Source of the DNA: Candidatus Melainabacteria bacterium 17Bon1m
Lineage (GTDB): Bacteria > Cyanobacteriota > Vampirovibrionia > Obscuribacterales > Obscuribacteraceae
Direction: 5' to 3'
Length of the DNA stretch: 64,000 nucleotides
Assembly (NCBI GenBank): GCA_032128875.1
Contig: JAVLKG010000001.1
Location: 192,001 to 256,000, forward strand
Position numbers and translations under genes: made by a program. This document shows, in pieces, positions 39,773-47,807 of this stretch (position 1 is its first letter; each line of letters opens with the position of its first letter). The notes beneath the pieces were generated by a model. It did not search any database. It saw only the letters and a list, made by a program, of their open reading frames with translations, and had not been told where the DNA came from.

Positions 39773-40963
39773 GTGTCAAAGAATAATTCCAAATCGGATG
39801 CATTGAGAATTGGTATCACGTGCTACCCCACGGTTGGTGGCAGCGGTGTGGTGGCGACTACGCTTGGAATTGAACTTGCTCAGCGCGGACACGAGGTTCA
39901 CTTCATCAGCTATGAACGCCCATTTCGCTTGCCCGAAAATTCCTCTCGAATACATTTCCACCAGGTCTGTGTCAACGACTATGGTTTGTTCAAATATCCC
40001 GACTACACCTTGCCACTTTCCGTAGCAATGGCTAGTGTCAGTTGCAAGCACAATCTCGACATCTTGCACGTACACTACGCGGTACCGCACGCGACCGCAG
40101 CTTTGCTTTCGCGCTGCATGTTGCCTCCCGACAAACAACCTCGCATCGTCACAACATTGCACGGCACCGACACGACATTGCTAGGCGCAGACCCAGGGTA
40201 TGGTCCGGCAATTCACCACGCATTAATTCAGTCCGATGCGGTGACTACAGTGTCCGATTGGTTGAAATCAGAAACCAAACGAGTGATTGGATTTGACGGG
40301 GCAATGGAAGTTATTCACAACTTTTACGAGCCTGGCAAACCGTCGCGTACACGCGAAGCTGTTCGTCAGGACCTGGGAGTTGGTGATGAAGTCTTGATAC
40401 TTCACTCGTCCAACTTGCGACCACTCAAACGCATTGATTTATTGCTTGAATCTGTGGCGAAGATTCGCGACAGAAATTCATTCAAATTGTTGATTTTGGC
40501 GGGTGGTGATTTCAAACAATTCAGTGCCGATGTAAAACGTCTTGGATTGGAAGATCGCATTGTAGTTCGTGAAAACGTTCTGGAGATAGAAGAATACTTA
40601 CAGGCTGCCGACCTCGCTTTGTACACATCGGAAAGCGAGAGCTTTTGCCTGAGTATTTTGGAAGCAATGTTCTTTGGTTGTCCCAGCGTTGCAACGAATG
40701 TCGGCGGAATTCCAGAAGTTATTGATGATGGAGAGACTGGAATACTGGTGCCTTTTGGAAACGCTGATGCAATTGCGGAAGCATTGGAAGACCTGATCTT
40801 GGATAAGGCAAAACGTCAGCGCTTCGGCGAGAATGCTCGCAAGGAAGCGCAGCGTCGATTCTCTGCGGATGCAATCATCCATCGTTACGAAGAGCTGTAT
40901 CGTCGATTGCTTTGCTCGCCGCCATCGGTTGCCGTTGGAGAAGTTGTTGAAGGATGTCGCTAG
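39773..40963 (+). CDS. bshA: N-acetyl-alpha-D-glucosaminyl L-malate synthase (GT4)
   Basis: IGITCYPTVGGSGVVAT.LG, LHVHYAVPHA, TTLHGTD, ESFCLSILEAM. Confidence 0.92.
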   Translation: MSKNNSKSDALRIGITCYPTVGGSGVVATTLGIELAQRGHEVHFISYERPFRLPENSSRIHFHQVCVNDYGLFKYPDYTLPLSVAMASVSCKHNLDILHVHYAVPHATAALLSRCMLPPDKQPRIVTTLHGTDTTLLGADPGYGPAIHHALIQSDAVTTVSDWLKSETKRVIGFDGAMEVIHNFYEPGKPSRTREAVRQDLGVGDEVLILHSSNLRPLKRIDLLLESVAKIRDRNSFKLLILAGGDFKQFSADVKRLGLEDRIVVRENVLEIEEYLQAADLALYTSESESFCLSILEAMFFGCPSVATNVGGIPEVIDDGETGILVPFGNADAIAEALEDLILDKAKRQRFGENARKEAQRRFSADAIIHRYEELYRRLLCSPPSVAVGEVVEGCR

Positions 40964-41055
40964 CAAGGCGCAACCGTCGCTAAAAAGCGAGAACTGGTTG
41001 AATGTGCGAACAGTTACAATTGGTTCCTAACTCAGTAGAGGACTTCTAGCAACTA

Positions 41056-41463
41056 ATGGATGACCCTACGGCAGTGAAGATAGATGTTATTGCTGCCGTG
41101 GTGCGTCGCGATGGGAAGTTTTTGGTATGCCAACGCCCGCCCGAGAAAAGGCACGGCAATCTCTGGGAATTCCCAGGTGGCAAGCTAGAACCTGGTGAGT
41201 CATTCCTTGCTGCGGCTCAACGCGAACTTAATGAAGAACTGACTCTAACCGTCACTTCGATTGGTGAAATTCGGTTCAAATCGCAAGATCCCGGCTCAAA
41301 TTTCGTCGTCAATTTTGTTGATGTTGTCGCTGACGGCATTCCACAAGCAATCGAGCACAGTCAAGTTGATTGGTTCACCGTGAGTGAATTGCTCACGCTG
41401 CAACTCGCTCCAAGCGATCGACAATTTGCCGAGTTTCTCGTCCGCGATAACCTTTACGGTTAA
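41056..41463 (+). CDS. NUDIX hydrolase (MutT-like)
   Basis: WEFPGGKLEPGESFLAAAQRELNEE Nudix box. Confidence 0.92.
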   Translation: MDDPTAVKIDVIAAVVRRDGKFLVCQRPPEKRHGNLWEFPGGKLEPGESFLAAAQRELNEELTLTVTSIGEIRFKSQDPGSNFVVNFVDVVADGIPQAIEHSQVDWFTVSELLTLQLAPSDRQFAEFLVRDNLYG

Positions 41464-41466
41464 AGC

Positions 41467-41525
41467 GTGGGGGCGCGTTGCACGCGCCCACTATTTGTGA
41501 GGGCGATGCATTGTATCGCCCCTAC
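41467..41525. repeat. Inverted pair of GTAG-family REP-like palindromes
   Basis: GTGGGGGCGCGTTGCACGCGCCC (41467-41489) and GGGCGATGCATTGTATCGCCCCTAC (41501-41525). Confidence 0.75.
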
Positions 41526-42484
41526 GGCTCAAGCGGACGCGCGAACACTACGCCAATTGTCTTCTGCGAACGCTGATTTGATTCCGCCACATATTGACTG
41601 ATTGATCCAGGCTCTAGTGTCACTTTCATGTTCTTCTTTTGCGACGATGCGTCCATAAAGTGTGGAATACCATCGTTGTCTTTGATGATTAGACCCGTAT
41701 GCGAAATATCCAGCCCGGGCACGTTCGTGCAAAGCCCAACGATGTCGCCAGTTTTTAAATGCGATTCTGCCGCCGCAATTTTCTCCGAGGGCACGTACAT
41801 CAATGGTCTCGCATTGATCTCCTCTTCGCGTTGTTTCATTTTTCCAACGAGCTCTGGGTGTGCAACAAGTTGTTTGTAAGCCGATGGATGCGTGGACATA
41901 AAATTGACTTTCTGTTGAAACTTCTCTGCGCCGGGCAACTTCGACAAAATCTCAATCGTGTGTTTGCTTTCATTGTCTGCGAGCCAATCGCTCGTGTAAT
42001 GAAGACGCGAGCTGTAGTCACCAACTTCGCCACCACGGTAACGCGTAAGTTGAATCTCCTTAAGCAAGTCATCGGAAGTTTCACGACCCTTCTTTATCAT
42101 GCGAGCAAGGCCGAGTGTCGTTTCAAAGAAAGTTACGCAATCCAGCCCCTCTAAATTTGCAGAGCAAAGTTCGACGTCTGGAGATATTTCAAGAGTGCTT
42201 GCGACGTATGGTGTTCCTTCTAGCTCTTCCGCAATTTTGCCCATCAATTCACCAATGGGTAGCGAGCGCCAATCGTTTTCCTTAGCCTTATTCACAATCT
42301 TGCAAAACTTTCCGTCACCTCGAAAAACAACTGGTTGTTCGATTGGTATCGGAGGAATTGTCTGTGCTGATTGAGCTTCTGCTTCTCGTTGGAATTCAAG
42401 GTTGCCCGCCACAAAAATTCCGACCAGCGTAATTCCCAAGGCAAAGCTTGAACGCAGTGGTGATCTGTTTTGCTGTTTTCGCAT
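41522..42484 (-). CDS. DUF1460 (NlpC/P60-like) N-acetylmuramoyl-L-alanine amidase-like protein
   Basis: GTPYVASTLE, LDCVTFFE, RLHYTSDW, GLDISHTG. Confidence 0.88.
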   Translation of the reverse strand: MRKQQNRSPLRSSFALGITLVGIFVAGNLEFQREAEAQSAQTIPPIPIEQPVVFRGDGKFCKIVNKAKENDWRSLPIGELMGKIAEELEGTPYVASTLEISPDVELCSANLEGLDCVTFFETTLGLARMIKKGRETSDDLLKEIQLTRYRGGEVGDYSSRLHYTSDWLADNESKHTIEILSKLPGAEKFQQKVNFMSTHPSAYKQLVAHPELVGKMKQREEEINARPLMYVPSEKIAAAESHLKTGDIVGLCTNVPGLDISHTGLIIKDNDGIPHFMDASSQKKNMKVTLEPGSISQYVAESNQRSQKTIGVVFARPLEP

Positions 42485-42601
42485 ATGTGTTGGTTATTCG
42501 CTAAGAGGTTAAGAATGAAAATCCTCACTTCACGCGTGAGTGAGGCATAATTGTGCTTGCTATTGCCAGTTTTTAGATACCAGTTACAGGATACACGTGC
42601 C

Positions 42602-42985
42602 ATGAAAAAGTTTGTCGCCGCATCACTTTCAGTTTTCGCTTTGTCCGCTGCTTCTGTGGTTCCGGCATTCGCTGGCGACGACAGTCCAGTGATGAAGGCA
42701 TTCATGTTACCCGTCAAAGTAGTGGCGTTCGGAACCACCGCTGTTGTAGGAACGCCGGTCGCCGTCGTTCGTATGACAGCGAAGAACTCCTGCGAATCGA
42801 CCAAGTCCATTGCTGGCGACAAGGGTAATCCGTTGATGACTGGAATGGCGGCGCTTGCGGGCGTTCCGTTCGGCATCTTTACCGGCACGCTCGAAGGTGG
42901 CTATTACGGCATGAAGAATGCCGCGATGAACACCGACAAGCCATTCTCCAAAGACGCTTTCAGCATGGGCGATTTGGGCGACTAG
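42602..42985 (+). CDS. Small secreted/membrane hypothetical protein
   Basis: Signal peptide MKKFVAASLSVFALSAASVVPAFA. Confidence 0.75.
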   Translation: MKKFVAASLSVFALSAASVVPAFAGDDSPVMKAFMLPVKVVAFGTTAVVGTPVAVVRMTAKNSCESTKSIAGDKGNPLMTGMAALAGVPFGIFTGTLEGGYYGMKNAAMNTDKPFSKDAFSMGDLGD

Positions 42986-43012
42986 TCCGCGAACTAAAGG
43001 TTAAAAACTCTT

Positions 43013-43040
43013 GGAAGGGGCGGCGACAACCGCCCTTTCC
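43013..43040 (+). terminator. Stem-loop, probable terminator
   Basis: GGAAGGGGCGG-CGACAA-CCGCCCTTTCC downstream of the CDS. Confidence 0.6.
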
Positions 43041-43339
43041 GCTTGCGTCTCATCGGTAAAACCCGAAGACGTCCCTCGAACGGGCGATTCCGGGGGATAG
43101 CCTCCGAACACGTACATATAGATCGCAAATACGCCGCGAACTGTCCCCCAAAGGGGTGAATCGCTCACCAGTTGACCCTCTCGGGGAAAAACACATAGGA
43201 ATGGACGTACTTCTATATAGGGCAGCGCCCATAAACCCGCGGTAGGGGGTTCTGGCGTGCGGGCAAGTTATTAGTACGAGCCTATTCAGATTCAATTTTT
43301 GCGGTCAGCCCAATTACGTGCATTGGGCGGGAGTTTCTT

Positions 43340-44560
43340 ATGCTAACTAAAAATCGAAATGAAGTCCTGTCGCTGCTGCTGACAGGCGCACGTTTGATCG
43401 ATATGCCGACCCTCGAACAAGGTTATGCTTCATCCGCCCGTTTGAGCACACCATTGCACAAAGTGCTTGTGATGCTGGGCTTCGTTAGTCAGTTCAAGAT
43501 GGACCGAGTGCTGCACGCAGAGACAATGATTCGCGTTCACGAGCTGTCGCCGGATCTGGCGGTGAAAGCACTGCGCATTGCGACAACGCAACAGCTCACA
43601 TTCGAGGAAGCGCTCGATGCGCTGGGCGACGAACACAAGAAAACGCAATTGATGCCAACTGCGTCCAACGAGATCACGAATCTTTTGGTCGAAGCAGGCT
43701 GCATCAACAACGAGCAAATAGGGCGAGCGCTCAAAACTTCGTTGGAGAACGGAATGCAAATGGGACGCGTACTTGTCTTTCATCGCGACGTCACCAGTCA
43801 GGTAATGAAGGCTGCGATTGCTTGCTGCATGTTGATGCAAGAAGAGAAGATTGGCTTGGCGTCAGCAGTTGAAGCGGTGAAGCATGTGCGCAAAACAAAT
43901 CAATCTGTAGAACAAGTGATGTTCCAACACAATATTTATCACGAAGAGCCAGGTCAGGGACCGAGGATTCATGAGCTTTTCGCAATGGCAGGTTTTGTGT
44001 CAGATACCGACTTGATGGAATGTCTCGAATTGCATGTATTGCGTGGACGGCAGATTGGTCAACTCTTTATTGAACAAGGTTTGATTAACAGTACCGTTTT
44101 GGAAAATGCGATTGTATTGCAAGGCATGGTCGCAAGTGGGGCCATCAAGGCGTATCATGCTGCAGAAGCCTTGAAGACGTCGTACAACAAAGAAGTTTCG
44201 ATCTATCAAGCTCTCGGCGAACTAAACCCCCCGGCATTTCCAGCAACGCCGAATCTCACTTTCGGTGAATTGCTTCTCTCTGCGAATTTGGTCAAGCGCG
44301 AAACGTACGACAGCTATTTCGAAGGACTCGAATTGTGTTCTCGGCAGATGGCGAAGAAACTTCTCGCCGCCGGAACGATCAACGACAAGACATGCGTCAC
44401 TGCATTGCGTGTGTTATCGCTGAACAACGAAGGATTTATCTCGAACAAAGATGCAGTCGAGATCCTTCGGCACGTGGTGTCATACGACGCGAACCTCGAC
44501 GAACAGCTTGCAGCCTGGGCTCACTTCGCACCAAATCGGATGCAATGGATCTGGCGGTAG
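43340..44560 (+). CDS. Tandem MshEN-like repeat protein, paralog A
   Basis: Repeats resembling RLGxxLxxxGxIxxxxLxxxLxxQ, e.g. RQIGQLFIEQGLINSTVLENAIVLQ and ITNLLVEAGCINNEQIGRAL. Confidence 0.75.
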   Translation: MLTKNRNEVLSLLLTGARLIDMPTLEQGYASSARLSTPLHKVLVMLGFVSQFKMDRVLHAETMIRVHELSPDLAVKALRIATTQQLTFEEALDALGDEHKKTQLMPTASNEITNLLVEAGCINNEQIGRALKTSLENGMQMGRVLVFHRDVTSQVMKAAIACCMLMQEEKIGLASAVEAVKHVRKTNQSVEQVMFQHNIYHEEPGQGPRIHELFAMAGFVSDTDLMECLELHVLRGRQIGQLFIEQGLINSTVLENAIVLQGMVASGAIKAYHAAEALKTSYNKEVSIYQALGELNPPAFPATPNLTFGELLLSANLVKRETYDSYFEGLELCSRQMAKKLLAAGTINDKTCVTALRVLSLNNEGFISNKDAVEILRHVVSYDANLDEQLAAWAHFAPNRMQWIWR

Positions 44561-45028
44561 AAACGATTTGCATGAGTGACAACTTCTATTTCAGATACAA
44601 ATAATAAATCCCCCCTGAAGTTTTTTGACTCATGCGGTGAGCAACGGTAGAAAGCGAGCTCGGCTATGCCTTTGAATTAAAAGCAGGCGAGTCCTTGGTG
44701 TCAGATTGAATTTCGCAAAAGGCGCTTGAAGTCAATTCGAACAAATTTGTAAGGTGATTTGTTGGCTGTCGATCTGGCGATCCCACTTTTGAGGGAACTG
44801 ACAACCCGTGGCGCGAGTTAAGTTCTGGAAGTCTAAGATCGGCTTGTGATTCGAGAGTTTTCTATATTTTCTTAGCAAGTTACCAGCGGGATAGTATTGT
44901 GGTTATAATTCTTGCCCTTGGGGTCTTTTGGCAGCAAATATATTTCCAGTGATTTTTTGCTGGCAGTTCATTTTCTTGTGTGGTTTTTTGCTCCACAAGC
45001 TCTCTTTGCGCACCCTCCATGTGCTCAG

Positions 45029-45046
45029 CATCATCATCATCATCAT
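45029..45046 (+). repeat. (CAT)6 microsatellite running into the flavoprotein start codon
   Basis: CATCATCATCATCATCAT followed by G; the ATG is at 45045. Confidence 0.9.
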
Positions 45047-45596
45047 GAACGAACAGAATGTGCAATCAGTTTTGCTGATAGGGAGCGGTTCAATCGCTGC
45101 TGGAAACATCGCTGGTTTGACCAGCAAGCTGTGTGAAAACTTTCGGGCTTCAGTGAGAGTTGTGTTGACGTCAGCCGCTACCAAGTTCACTTCGGTTGAA
45201 TTTATAAAATACGCTGGTGGCGCGCTGGAGGTTTTTACAGATCAAAGCACTCAGCAAATGTCGGACTTTCCGAATCACATAGCTCTCCCTGCTCAATCGG
45301 ACCTGACGATTGTCTATCCAGCAACCGCAGACTTCATCGGAAAAATGGCAAACGGTCTAGGAACTGATCTTGCCTCTACGATTATGCTTTATGCAGATCA
45401 AAACATAATTGTTGTGCCATCCATGAACGTGGAAATGTGGCGAAACAAGTTTGTTCAGAAAAATGTAAGAGCGCTCCAAGACGAGGGCATTCATATGATT
45501 GAGCCTAATGATGGTATGGCGCCATCAGTGGACGAGATAGTTGTGCAAGTGCAGAAGTATTTATCCCAAAAATTCAAAATTTACCAACAAATATAA
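45045..45596 (+). CDS. HFCD flavoprotein, LanD/EpiD-like peptidyl-cysteine decarboxylase
   Basis: GSGSIAA, catalytic His in NHI, PATADFIGKMANG (PASAN-type), PSMNVEMW (PxMNxxMW); no CoaB domain and no ACGD Cys clamp. Confidence 0.85.
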   Translation: MNEQNVQSVLLIGSGSIAAGNIAGLTSKLCENFRASVRVVLTSAATKFTSVEFIKYAGGALEVFTDQSTQQMSDFPNHIALPAQSDLTIVYPATADFIGKMANGLGTDLASTIMLYADQNIIVVPSMNVEMWRNKFVQKNVRALQDEGIHMIEPNDGMAPSVDEIVVQVQKYLSQKFKIYQQI

Positions 45597-45609
45597 AGGA
45601 GAATTTCAT

Positions 45610-46320
45610 ATGTCAGTGAAGGCAGACGAGAAACACACAATTACTTTGGAAGTTAGAGTGCCGATAGCCGTTGACGAAGGAAAGCGAGCGAAGTTTGAAG
45701 ATGCAATGACAAATTTTATACTCGGTCACGATCGAATTCGTCCTGAACTTCATGATGCGTTAGTTGAAAGAGGTGTCGATATTAAACGCTTAAATGAGCT
45801 GTCTACTCCTGAAAAGCTGGGAGTTTGCAGATCAAAGGATGCTATGGAGTTCATTCCAACGCCTGAGCTTGTGGGTATAGGTAATAGAGCGGGAATAGAT
45901 TTTCGAGCTGGTGGAAAGCTCAACATTGAATTTGACTATTCAAATTCAAATGCTAGCAGCACGGATGTATTGGAAATGAAATTGCAATTACCATCTTCAA
46001 TTGAGGGCGTTGCTTCTGGTCAGGTTGGAAATATAATGAGGTCACTTTTTGGTGATTGTCACCTCTCAGTCAGAGCTCAGGATTATCTGCTTGCTCACGG
46101 AATTGATATTGCGGATTTGGCGGCTCAGAACATTGCGTCTTTAGGAAATGGAAGTGTTCCTCCAACTGCCCGAGTTGATAAATCTGTAGCAGATACATTA
46201 GATCAATTCGGATTGAACACCGCACGGCTAGGAAAAATTCAAGTGAAAGCTATGGCTGGTGATGCGGCACCGCTCAATGCGAATCCACCGATTGCGTGGA
46301 GCAAAACAACCTGCTGTTAA
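45610..46320 (+). CDS. Candidate RiPP precursor: duplicated ~100-aa leader domain plus C-terminal tail ending WSKTTCC
   Basis: RBS AAGGAG, ATG 45610, 236 aa; terminal Cys-Cys; located between the HFCD and radical SAM genes. Confidence 0.7.
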   Translation: MSVKADEKHTITLEVRVPIAVDEGKRAKFEDAMTNFILGHDRIRPELHDALVERGVDIKRLNELSTPEKLGVCRSKDAMEFIPTPELVGIGNRAGIDFRAGGKLNIEFDYSNSNASSTDVLEMKLQLPSSIEGVASGQVGNIMRSLFGDCHLSVRAQDYLLAHGIDIADLAAQNIASLGNGSVPPTARVDKSVADTLDQFGLNTARLGKIQVKAMAGDAAPLNANPPIAWSKTTCC

Positions 46321-46328
46321 GGTGATTT

Positions 46329-47807
46329 ATGATATATCGTTCTATGGCGCCCCCGCAGTGGGGGCGCTTGCCAGGTCATATACAACTTGAGTTGGTACCG
46401 ACTCAGACACTCGTGGATGGTGAAGACACTATTCTCTTTCCGCTCCTAAAGCATTCTTGGCTCAGAGTATCAACCAAGGATCTAGAGAATGTGTTAATGC
46501 TTGATGGGCGTACTATCGACAGTATTCGCAATTCCCGCGAATCAATTAAGGACCTGATTCCGCTGTTGGATTCACTGTATTCCTCAGGTCTCTTATCCAT
46601 TGATGGACATAGTGGACTAGATGCAGAGCGTAAAGAAGAAACCTCTGGTCCGTCGACACTATTGATCAAGATGACTGGAGCTTGCAATATAGCCTGCAGC
46701 TATTGTTATGACTTTGATCAAAGTAGATGGAATGGACGTGGGAGTTCAACCCATGCGAAACATTTGATTGCTGATTCGTTTTCGGTCAATGATTCGATTA
46801 CTGTTATGTTTCACGGTGGTGAACCACTGCTGCATTTTTCTGAGATCAAAGAACTCGTATCGTTTGCAAACGAAATTGCCCATCGCGATGGAAAGAAAAT
46901 CACCTATTCCATTCAAACTAATGGATTGTTGCTGGATGAGGAGATCGTTCAATACCTTTTGAACGAGTCTTTTGACGTCGGCATTTCTTTGGATGGCCCC
47001 CTAGAAATTCATAATTTGTACCGTGTTGATCACAAAGGAAGGGGAACCTTCGAAGCATTAATAAAAAAATTCGATGAGTTTCCTGAATTTATGAGAACTC
47101 GAGTTGGATTTATGAGTGTAATTACTCAGAATTCGGTGTTTCATTTGGATCAAGTATGGCAATTCTTTCGAGATCTAGATGTTCAAACATGGAAACTGTC
47201 TCCAATGCTGCCGGAAGGTCGTGCATGTACAAATCAAGTGACTGCCAATTACATCGAGAGTTTTGTGGACTTTTTAGAAGAACGACTGCTGGAAATCATA
47301 AATGGAAGCTACCATCGCCCATACCTAATAAATCTGATTCAGGCAGTAGAACCATTTTTATCTCGTAATAGTAAGAATGTTTGTACTTCCTTTCCTTGTG
47401 GAGCTGGTCGTGATTTCGTGGTTTTAGATGCAAAAGGCGCACTGCGCTCGTGTGACTGCAGCTATCGTGATGACTTTTTTCTTGGCAATGCTGACTTTGA
47501 TTTGTTGAAGATGGTAAAGACTGAGTTTAAGAAAAGCGACCTGGCGAAGCGTGAACAGTGGCTTGTGGATTCTGAATGTGGACAATGTGTTTGGCTCCCA
47601 TTTTGCGGTGGAACTTGTCCCGCCGAAGCGCTCGCAAACACAGGAACTGTTCTAGCCGTTGACGAGCTGGAGTGCAACTTGCGAAAAAGGCTATTCCCAA
47701 GGATTGCAAAAGAAGTGTCTCAAGAAAGCTCGAACCTTCGCGAATATATTCAACAACGCCGAAGCGATAGGGCAAACTCTCTTACGAAGGTTAAGGAGGC
47801 CAGGTGA
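46329..47807 (+). CDS. Radical SAM/SPASM peptide-modifying enzyme with ~105-aa N-terminal extension (putative RRE)
   Basis: CNIACSYC, FHGGEPLL, IQTNG, GISLDG; SPASM cysteines VC...PCGAG...SCD...CGQCVWLPFCGGTCP...EC. Confidence 0.9.
   Translation: MIYRSMAPPQWGRLPGHIQLELVPTQTLVDGEDTILFPLLKHSWLRVSTKDLENVLMLDGRTIDSIRNSRESIKDLIPLLDSLYSSGLLSIDGHSGLDAERKEETSGPSTLLIKMTGACNIACSYCYDFDQSRWNGRGSSTHAKHLIADSFSVNDSITVMFHGGEPLLHFSEIKELVSFANEIAHRDGKKITYSIQTNGLLLDEEIVQYLLNESFDVGISLDGPLEIHNLYRVDHKGRGTFEALIKKFDEFPEFMRTRVGFMSVITQNSVFHLDQVWQFFRDLDVQTWKLSPMLPEGRACTNQVTANYIESFVDFLEERLLEIINGSYHRPYLINLIQAVEPFLSRNSKNVCTSFPCGAGRDFVVLDAKGALRSCDCSYRDDFFLGNADFDLLKMVKTEFKKSDLAKREQWLVDSECGQCVWLPFCGGTCPAEALANTGTVLAVDELECNLRKRLFPRIAKEVSQESSNLREYIQQRRSDRANSLTKVKEAR

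Noticed and set aside
44912-45136. ORF with a His6 tract, and the 44928 N-terminal extension of the flavoprotein
   Set aside because: The His/Ile runs are by-products of the (CAT)6 repeat; HFCD homology begins after ATG 45045.
45045-45596. Flavoprotein as housekeeping coaC/dfp
   Set aside because: No CoaB domain, no clamp cysteine, and it sits next to a Cys-terminated protein and an rSAM enzyme.
46329-47807. rSAM enzyme as an anaerobic sulfatase maturase
   Set aside because: No sulfatase nearby; the N-terminal extension and operon context favour peptide modification.
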